Shown here: one piece after another, positions 25,763 through 32,000 of the stretch
Layout of the letters: every line of letters starts with the position of its first letter
Position numbering within the stretch: the stretch's first letter is position 1
NCBI RefSeq assembly: GCF_000025505.1
Contig: NC_013849.1
Coordinates: 1,560,001 to 1,592,000 of the forward strand
Source: Ferroglobus placidus DSM 10642
Lineage (GTDB): Archaea > Halobacteriota > Archaeoglobi > Archaeoglobales > Archaeoglobaceae
Reading direction: 5' to 3'
DNA: 32,000 nt
Made by a program: the position numbers and the translations under genes
Notes under the pieces: generated by a model
The model's database searches: none
Seen by the model: the letters and a program-made list of their open reading frames with translations, nothing else
Told to the model about the DNA's origin: nothing

Positions 25763-27615
25763 AAGTATTTGGCGTGGATATAATCAAGAGAAACCCGGAT
25801 GAGTTCGCTTTAGTTTATATATCCGAGGATGGAGAGGAGAAGAAAGCCGTTTCAAAGAGCAAACTCCTTAGGATTATAAGAAAGGAGAGTCCGGACTACG
25901 TTGCAATAGACAACATAGGCGAGTTGTTCGAAAACAAAAAAGAACTTCTCGATTTCCTTCATGCTTTCCCTCCTTCTACCAAGCTCGTTCAAGTAGCCGG
26001 CAAAGAGCCCTTACCAAGGCTGGCGGCGAGGTTTGGTTTAAAAATAAACGCGAGAAATCCCTTCGACGAAGCTAAGGCTTGCGCTTACCTCGTCACCCTT
26101 GGAATAGGTGAAGTCGTTTCAGCTTTTAAAGACGAAACGGTAATAGTCGTTTCGAGGAACAGAAGTCCCGGAAAGGGAGGGTGGAGGCAGAACAAGTATA
26201 GAAGAAGAATTCACGACATAGTTCGATACTATTTCAGAGAGATAAAGGAAATTCTCGATAGTGCTGGGCTAAAATATAGAGAGGAGGTAAAGCACGGATA
26301 CGGAGGGATAAGCAGCGGGAAATTCGTCGTCAGCGCTCCGAGGGAAGAGGTGCCTATTAGGTCTTTCAGAACGAGAGATGTGAGAGTTACGGTTAGCGCT
26401 GTGGAAAAGGAAAAACTCGAATTCGTTCCGCTAAGCAGAGTTAAGGAGTATCTGATAGTTGGAATAGACCCCGGAACGACGACGGCTGTAGCTATCTTAA
26501 ATCTCAAGGGAGAAATTCTCGACGTTAGAAGCGGGAAGGACATGAATTTATCGAAGCTCATAGAGCACGTGCTATCTTTCGGTCACCCCGTTTTGGTTGC
26601 TACGGACAAGAAAACTCCTCCCGACTTCGTTTTGAAAGTTAAGAAGGCTTTTCAAGCCACGCTGTACACTCCGAAGGAGGATATAAGCATAAAAAAGAAA
26701 TTAGCTCTCGTTAACGACTACAAATGCGAAAACGATCACGAAAGAGATGCGTTGGCAGCTGCCATGGAAGCCTACAGACACTACAAGAATAAGCTTGAAA
26801 ACGTCGAAAAGCGAGTTCCGGCTGGATACGATGTCGAGATGGTGAAGGCTGGCGTGATCAAGGGTCTTACTTTACAATCAATCCTTGAAAGAAAAGAGGA
26901 AAAGGTTAAGCAGAAAGAGGAAAGTGCGGTAAGCTTGGAGGAAGTCAGAAAGAGAGACAAAAAGATTCAGGAGCTTGTAGAAGAAAACAAAATGCTCAGG
27001 GAGAAGATAGAGGAGCTGAAGAAAGAGGTGGAGAGGCTCCAGATGAAGCTCTACACGATCTCAAGCGAGCAGTACGAAAAGATAAGAAGAGAGAACGTTT
27101 ACAAGTCATTGCAAAGCGAAATTGCCGAGCTTAGGAAAGTGATAAAGAGAAAGGACGAGGAGATTTCGAAGTTGAAGGAGAAAATAGAAGAGCTAAAAAG
27201 GATAAGAAAGCTCGGAATAAAAGGGTGGAAAGTCGTAAAAGTCCTGAGAAAGTTTACGAGGGACGAGATAGAGAGAGTTGAAAAAGAATTCGGGATAGAA
27301 GAAGGGGACATAATTTTAATCCTTGAATCCGGAGGAGGAGGGAAGAGCACCGCAGAAATCCTCGCTAAAAAGAAAGTTAGGGCTGTGATCGCTTCCGGAC
27401 TTTCCCACGTTGCTTACGACGTTCTTAAAGAAAACGGGATTCCGGTGATTCCTCCAGAAAAAGTCGAAATGGAGGTTTTCGAGGACTTAGCGATGATTCA
27501 CGCGAGAGAGCTCGAAAGAATTCTGAAAGAAGCTGACGAGGAGATGAGAAGGAAGAGTCTCGAGAGGATCGAAAAACTTGTGGAGGAGTACAGGAGCAGA
27601 AGATTTTTCGGTTAA
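25759..27615 (+). CDS. DUF460-like protein: two predicted RNase H-fold modules, coiled-coil and C-terminal domain
   Basis: VFGVDIIKRNPDEFALVYI...YVAIDNIGELFE (first module); VGIDPGTTTAVAILNLKGEIL...HERDALAAAMEAY (second module); long K/E-rich coiled coil; C-terminal GDIILILESGGGGKSTAEILAKKKVRAVI. Confidence 0.8.
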   Translation: MKVFGVDIIKRNPDEFALVYISEDGEEKKAVSKSKLLRIIRKESPDYVAIDNIGELFENKKELLDFLHAFPPSTKLVQVAGKEPLPRLAARFGLKINARNPFDEAKACAYLVTLGIGEVVSAFKDETVIVVSRNRSPGKGGWRQNKYRRRIHDIVRYYFREIKEILDSAGLKYREEVKHGYGGISSGKFVVSAPREEVPIRSFRTRDVRVTVSAVEKEKLEFVPLSRVKEYLIVGIDPGTTTAVAILNLKGEILDVRSGKDMNLSKLIEHVLSFGHPVLVATDKKTPPDFVLKVKKAFQATLYTPKEDISIKKKLALVNDYKCENDHERDALAAAMEAYRHYKNKLENVEKRVPAGYDVEMVKAGVIKGLTLQSILERKEEKVKQKEESAVSLEEVRKRDKKIQELVEENKMLREKIEELKKEVERLQMKLYTISSEQYEKIRRENVYKSLQSEIAELRKVIKRKDEEISKLKEKIEELKRIRKLGIKGWKVVKVLRKFTRDEIERVEKEFGIEEGDIILILESGGGGKSTAEILAKKKVRAVIASGLSHVAYDVLKENGIPVIPPEKVEMEVFEDLAMIHARELERILKEADEEMRRKSLERIEKLVEEYRSRRFFG

Positions 27616-27617
27616 AA

Positions 27618-27689
27618 CGGGCTCGCCGGGAGTTGAACCCGGGTCCGGGGGTCCGAAGCCCCCGAGGATTTCCGCTACCCCACGAGCCC
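27618..27689 (-). tRNA. tRNA-Arg (anticodon TCG), intronless, CCA not encoded
   Basis: Minus strand GGGCTCG TG GGGT...TCCT C GGGGG CTTCGGA CCCCC GGAC CCGGG TTCAACT CCCGG CGAGCCC G: 7-bp acceptor stem, 5-bp anticodon and T stems, 7-nt anticodon loop with TCG. Confidence 0.93.
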
Positions 27690-27845
27690 TCCTGTTGAAT
27701 TTTGCAAAGCTTAATAAAACACTTGCTATTCTCAAGCTAAATTCGACGCTGAAGGATCTGAAGTTTAATCGGAATACAAATTTTCGAAAATGATATATTA
27801 ACTTCCGCAAATTACCTTTTAATCGCAATTAACGGGGTGAGTTTA

Positions 27846-28271
27846 ATGGAACGCAAAATTAGGGTTCTCGTCGCAAAACCGGGATTAGATGGACACGACA
27901 GAGGGGCAAAAGTTGTTGCAAGAGCTTTGAGGGATGCCGGTTTCGAGGTCATATACACCGGAATTAGAAGAACTCCAGCAGAAATAGCTGAGACAGCTTT
28001 GCAAGAAGATGTGGATGTGGTAGGGTTAAGCATTCTCAGCGGCGCTCACCTTGAACTCGTTCCTTTAGTTATAGAGGAGCTGAAGAAAAGAGGTTTGGAG
28101 CCGAACAAAGACGTCCTCGTTCTCGTTGGAGGAATAATTCCTAAGGAAGACGTTCCAAAACTTCAGTCCTTCGGAGTGGCTAAGGTTTTCGGTCCCGGAA
28201 CTCCTCTTTACGAAATTATCGATTACATAAAGGAGAACGTTAAAAAGCTTGAAAGGAAGGTGGTAACGTGA
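27846..28271 (+). CDS. Methylmalonyl-CoA mutase, C-terminal B12-binding subunit
   Basis: [68 protein letters not shown], the B12-binding DxHxxG motif. ORF begins at 27837. Confidence 0.93.
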   Translation: MERKIRVLVAKPGLDGHDRGAKVVARALRDAGFEVIYTGIRRTPAEIAETALQEDVDVVGLSILSGAHLELVPLVIEELKKRGLEPNKDVLVLVGGIIPKEDVPKLQSFGVAKVFGPGTPLYEIIDYIKENVKKLERKVVT

Positions 28272-28663
28272 TTAAGAAAATAGACCATATCGGTGTTGCC
28301 GTAAAAAACCTCGAAGAGGCTATTGAGCTGTACAAAAAGCTCGGATTTGAAGTCAAAGGAATAGAGGAGGTTAAAGACCAGAAAGTGAGGGTTGCGATGC
28401 TTCCGGTTGGAGAGAGTAAGATAGAGCTCATAGAGGCTACTTCCGAAGACAGTGCTGTGGCTAAGTTCATAGAGAAGAGGGGAGAAGGAATTCATCACAT
28501 AGCGATAAACGTGGAGAACATCGAAAAAGCTTTGGAAAACGCTAAGAACAACGGACTGCAGCTTATCGATGAGAAGCCGAGGATTGGGGCGGGAGGAAAG
28601 AAAATAGCTTTCGTTCATCCTAAAAGCACCAAGGGAGTTTTGCTCGAATTTGTGGAGGGATAA
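28268..28663 (+). CDS. mce: Methylmalonyl-CoA epimerase
   Basis: [23 protein letters not shown]...[59 protein letters not shown]. Confidence 0.93.
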   Translation: MIKKIDHIGVAVKNLEEAIELYKKLGFEVKGIEEVKDQKVRVAMLPVGESKIELIEATSEDSAVAKFIEKRGEGIHHIAINVENIEKALENAKNNGLQLIDEKPRIGAGGKKIAFVHPKSTKGVLLEFVEG

Positions 28664-28665
28664 AA

Positions 28666-30216
28666 TTGAGGAAGGAGTTAATCGAGGATCTCTACAAGAG
28701 GAAAGAAAGGATAAAGCAAATGGGCGGAGATGAAAGAATAAAAAAGCAGCACGAACAAGGAAAGCTTACGGCAAGAGAAAGAATCGAACTTTTACTCGAT
28801 CCCGGAAGCTTCGTCGAAATAAATCCCTTCGTTGAGAAGAGAAACACCGATTTCGGATTGGACAAAATGTATTTGCCAGCGGACGGAGTTATAACCGGCT
28901 ACGGAACGATAGACGGAAGACCAGTAGCTGTTTTCGCTCAGGACTTTACCGTGATGGGTGGAAGCCTCGGAGAGATGCACGGAATGAAGATAGCATACCT
29001 CCTCGACTTCGCCGCAAAAGTAGGGATTCCGGTTATCGGCTTGAACGATTCCGGAGGAGCGAGAATTCAAGAAGGTGTAGATGCTTTAAAAGGCTACGGA
29101 GACATATTTTACAGAAACACGATATACAGCGGAGTAATTCCGCAAATCAGCGTGATAATGGGTCCTTGTGCCGGAGGAGCTGTCTATTCTCCGGCTATAG
29201 GCGACTTTATAATCATGACTAAAAACCCTTCATGCTACATGTTCATAACCGGTCCTAAGGTTATAAAAGAAGTTACGGGAGAAGAAGTTACTCCTCAGCA
29301 GCTCGGAGGCTGGGAAGCTCATGCGATGAAGAGCGGAAACTGTCACTTAGTGGCTGAGAACGATGAAGAAGCCTTAATGCTCGTGAGAAAGCTCATAAGC
29401 TATTTGCCTCTAAATAACCTCGAAGATCCGCCGGTTGTGAAAACCAACGACGATCCGGCAAGATTAACTCCGGAAATTACTGAGATTATCCCCGACGACC
29501 CCATGAAGCCCTACGACGTTAGAGACGTTATAAGGGCTGTTGTTGACGAAGGAGAGTTTTTCGAAATCCACCCCTTCTTCGCTCCCAACGCAGTAGTCGG
29601 TTTTGCGAGAATAGATGGTAAGACCGTCGGTATCGTTGCGAACAACCCGAAGTATTACGCCGGAACCCTCGATGTAGATAGCAGCGACAAAATAGCGAGG
29701 TTCGTCAGATTCTGCGACTGCTTCAACATACCGATCGTAACTTTTGTAGACGTTCCCGGATACCTGCCGGGGGTTCAGCAGGAGTATATGGGGATAATTA
29801 GGCACGGAGCGAAGGTGCTTTACGCCTACAGCGAAGCGACTGTTCCTCTGGTTACGATAATTCTCAGAAAAGCTTACGGTGGAGCTTATTTAGCTATGGG
29901 GAGCAAGCACCTCGGAGCAGATTTCGTCTTCGCTTATCCAACAGCCGAGATAGCGGTAATGGGACCTGAAGGGGCTGCTGAAATCGTTTTCAGGAAGGAG
30001 ATATCTGCTGCAGAAGACCCAGAGAAGGCAAGGCAGGAAAAAATAAAGGAATACAGAGAGAAGTTCGCAAATCCGTACAGAGCTGCTGCCAGAGGATACA
30101 TCGACGACGTGATTGATCCGAAGTACACGAGAGTGAAGATAATTTCGGCTTTGAGGGTTTTGGAGACGAAGAGGGAGAAGCTTCCTCCAAAGAAGCACGG
30201 GAACATACCTTTGTGA
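28666..30216 (+). CDS. Methylmalonyl-CoA decarboxylase / propionyl-CoA carboxylase carboxyltransferase subunit
   Basis: 516 aa. Carboxyltransferase signatures [91 protein letters not shown]. Confidence 0.93.
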   Translation: MRKELIEDLYKRKERIKQMGGDERIKKQHEQGKLTARERIELLLDPGSFVEINPFVEKRNTDFGLDKMYLPADGVITGYGTIDGRPVAVFAQDFTVMGGSLGEMHGMKIAYLLDFAAKVGIPVIGLNDSGGARIQEGVDALKGYGDIFYRNTIYSGVIPQISVIMGPCAGGAVYSPAIGDFIIMTKNPSCYMFITGPKVIKEVTGEEVTPQQLGGWEAHAMKSGNCHLVAENDEEALMLVRKLISYLPLNNLEDPPVVKTNDDPARLTPEITEIIPDDPMKPYDVRDVIRAVVDEGEFFEIHPFFAPNAVVGFARIDGKTVGIVANNPKYYAGTLDVDSSDKIARFVRFCDCFNIPIVTFVDVPGYLPGVQQEYMGIIRHGAKVLYAYSEATVPLVTIILRKAYGGAYLAMGSKHLGADFVFAYPTAEIAVMGPEGAAEIVFRKEISAAEDPEKARQEKIKEYREKFANPYRAAARGYIDDVIDPKYTRVKIISALRVLETKREKLPPKKHGNIPL

Positions 30217-30225
30217 GGTGGTTTT

Positions 30226-30354
30226 ATGAGTCCCGAGGAGTTTGCCGCTGCGATAGCTGCAATCCACAAGTATTTGAAAGACACAGCAGAAAGACCGATC
30301 GTGATAAAGCGAGAGGTTAGCTACTGGAAGATCCTTTCGAGGGTGATGCAATGA
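30226..30354 (+). CDS. Unannotated 42-aa small protein, candidate OadG/delta-type small subunit remnant of the carboxyltransferase complex
   Basis: ATG 30226: [42 protein letters not shown], stop TGA 30352-30354 overlapping the next ATG (ATGA). Preceded by gaggtg. Confidence 0.65.
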   Translation: MSPEEFAAAIAAIHKYLKDTAERPIVIKREVSYWKILSRVMQ

Positions 30355-30773
30355 AGTATAAGGTAAAAGTCGGCGATAACGAATACGAGGTCGAAGTTAG
30401 CGAAATCTCTCCGATGAAGTTCGAAGTTAGCGTAAACGGCAAAAAAGCTGTGATAGAGATCCTCGAAGAAGAGTTCAAAAGAATTTTTAAAGAAGTAAAA
30501 GCTCCCTCTGCCGAGGTTGAGGTAAAGGAAATTCCGAAGGTTGAAAAGGCTGTAGCTGAAGGAAAGGAGATTAAGGCTGAGATGTCGGGGACGATAGTCA
30601 AAGTTCTCGTTAAGGAGGGAGACGAGGTTAAAAGCGGGCAGCCTGTGTTGATTCTCGAAGCAATGAAGATGGAGAACGAAGTAACTTCTCCTTTCTCGGG
30701 AGTTGTTAAGGAAGTAAGGGTTAAGGAAGGAGATAGAGTTAGTGCGGGTCAAACTCTCGTGGTTATCGGTTGA
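30351..30773 (+). CDS. Biotin carboxyl carrier protein subunit
   Basis: Biotinylation motif [19 protein letters not shown]-terminal extension, [18 protein letters not shown]. Confidence 0.93.
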   Translation: MKYKVKVGDNEYEVEVSEISPMKFEVSVNGKKAVIEILEEEFKRIFKEVKAPSAEVEVKEIPKVEKAVAEGKEIKAEMSGTIVKVLVKEGDEVKSGQPVLILEAMKMENEVTSPFSGVVKEVRVKEGDRVSAGQTLVVIG

Positions 30774-30786
30774 GGGGGTGTTGAGT

Positions 30787-32000
30787 ATGAATAAAAGGGA
30801 GTGGGAGGAGAAGTACGTAAAGCCCCTCCTTCAGAAAGCTCCGGAAAGGAAGAAAGAATTTAGAACGGCTTCAGGCTTCGTTGTGGACAGGCTTTACACT
30901 CCGGAGGACGTTGATATAGATTACGAAAAGAAGCTCGGATATCCCGGCGTTTACCCCTTCACGAGAGGAGTTTATCCCACGATGTACAGAGGGAAAATCT
31001 GGACGATGAGGCAGTACGCCGGGTTCGGAACTGCTGAGGAGACCAACAGGAGGTACAAGTACTTGCTCTCTCAGGGGCAAACTGGATTGAGCGTCGCTTT
31101 CGATCTGCCGACTCAGATTGGTTACGATTCCGACCACCCTATGGCTTTGGGAGAAGTCGGGAAAGTGGGAGTTGCGATAGACACCATCGAGGACATGCAG
31201 ATACTCTTCGACGGAATACCCCTCGATAAAGTTTCTACCTCCATGACGATAAACTCCACGGCTGCGCAAATTCTCAGCATGTACATAGTGGTGGCTGAGA
31301 TGCAAGGAGTGAGCAAGGAGCAGTTGAGAGGAACAGTTCAGAACGACATGCTCAAAGAGTACATAGCGAGAGGCACCTACATCTTCCCGCCGGAGCCGAG
31401 CTTGAGGATTGCGACCGACATAATAATGTACTGCGCAAAGGAAGTGCCGAAGTGGAACTCGATTAGCATCTCGGGCTACCACATGGAAGAAGCCGGAGCA
31501 ACCCCCGTGCAGGAGGTTGCCTTCACCTTAGCGAACGGAATAGAGTACGTTCAGAGGGTTATAGACAGAGGAATGAACGTCGATGAGTTTGCGCCGCGAC
31601 TAAGCTTCTTCTTCGCTGCCGGAAACAACTTGCTTGAGGAGGTTGCTAAGTTCAGAGCAGCAAGAAGACTCTGGGCGAGAATAATGAAGGAGAGATTTAA
31701 CGCAAAGAATCCGAGATCGATGATGCTTCGATTCCACGTGCAAACGGCTGGATGCACTTTAACTGCTCAGCAGCCTGAGAACAACATAGTCAGAGTTACC
31801 TTACAAGCTCTGGCAGCCGTATTGGGAGGATGTCAAAGCTTGCATACGAACAGCTACGACGAGGCTTTAAGCTTGCCAACAGAAAAGTCGGTGAGAATAG
31901 CTCTGAGAACCCAGCAGATAATAGCTGAAGAGAGTGGAGTAGCGGATGTGATAGATCCTCTCGGAGGAGCTTACTACGTGGAGTGGCTCACAGACAAAAT
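30787..32000 (+). CDS. Methylmalonyl-CoA mutase large (catalytic) subunit, truncated at right window edge
   Basis: Manual translation from ATG 30787: [31 protein letters not shown]..., [66 protein letters not shown]. Absent from the ORF track because it has no stop in the window. Confidence 0.95.
   Translation, partial: MNKREWEEKYVKPLLQKAPERKKEFRTASGFVVDRLYTPEDVDIDYEKKLGYPGVYPFTRGVYPTMYRGKIWTMRQYAGFGTAEETNRRYKYLLSQGQTGLSVAFDLPTQIGYDSDHPMALGEVGKVGVAIDTIEDMQILFDGIPLDKVSTSMTINSTAAQILSMYIVVAEMQGVSKEQLRGTVQNDMLKEYIARGTYIFPPEPSLRIATDIIMYCAKEVPKWNSISISGYHMEEAGATPVQEVAFTLANGIEYVQRVIDRGMNVDEFAPRLSFFFAAGNNLLEEVAKFRAARRLWARIMKERFNAKNPRSMMLRFHVQTAGCTLTAQQPENNIVRVTLQALAAVLGGCQSLHTNSYDEALSLPTEKSVRIALRTQQIIAEESGVADVIDPLGGAYYVEWLTDK

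Noticed and set aside
27487-27828. Minus-strand ORF 27487..27828
   Set aside because: It runs through the tRNA-Arg gene (GGFGPPDPGSTPGEP is translated tRNA), so it is not a protein.
28792-30752. Minus-strand ORFs across the carboxyltransferase and BCCP genes
   Set aside because: Antisense to highly conserved genes. Typical spurious long ORFs in GC-skewed coding DNA.
1-32000. A new defence island or phage-derived system
   Set aside because: Apart from the CRISPR array, the VapBC-like pair and one IS remnant, all genes are recognisable housekeeping or metabolic families. No integrase, helicase-nuclease or reverse-transcriptase modules were seen.

Overview
This window looks like a compact archaeal chromosome segment. 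Family content and codon style suggest Archaeoglobales-like, but this is inferred without a search. Left to right it carries: a [NiFe]-hydrogenase maturation locus (hypE/hypF on minus, hypABCD on plus); a tubulin/FtsZ-like CetZ gene; a frameshifted small membrane/secreted gene; a VapBC-type toxin-antitoxin pair; a badly decayed transposase remnant; overlapping archaeosine genes (tgtA-arcS); two tandem five-heme c-type cytochrome lipoproteins; a TldD/TldE pair; a radical SAM protein; an MFS transporter; pth2; cofC; a CRISPR array of 11 unusually short (23 nt) repeats with no cas genes in the window; purP plus a four-gene 2-oxoacid:ferredoxin oxidoreductase operon; a DUF373 membrane protein; an Ncs6/TtuA tRNA thiolase; RIO2; a two-domain RNase H-fold/coiled-coil DUF460-like protein; tRNA-Arg(TCG); and a methylmalonyl-CoA mutase/epimerase/biotin-dependent carboxyltransferase cluster. 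That last cluster includes a 42-aa ORF missing from the supplied ORF track. I found no clear new defence or mobile system. The best leads are the short-repeat cas-less array and its leader inverted repeat, the unannotated 42-aa small-subunit candidate, the tandem pentaheme lipoproteins, the TgtA/ArcS domain split, and the decayed IS beside the toxin-antitoxin pair.
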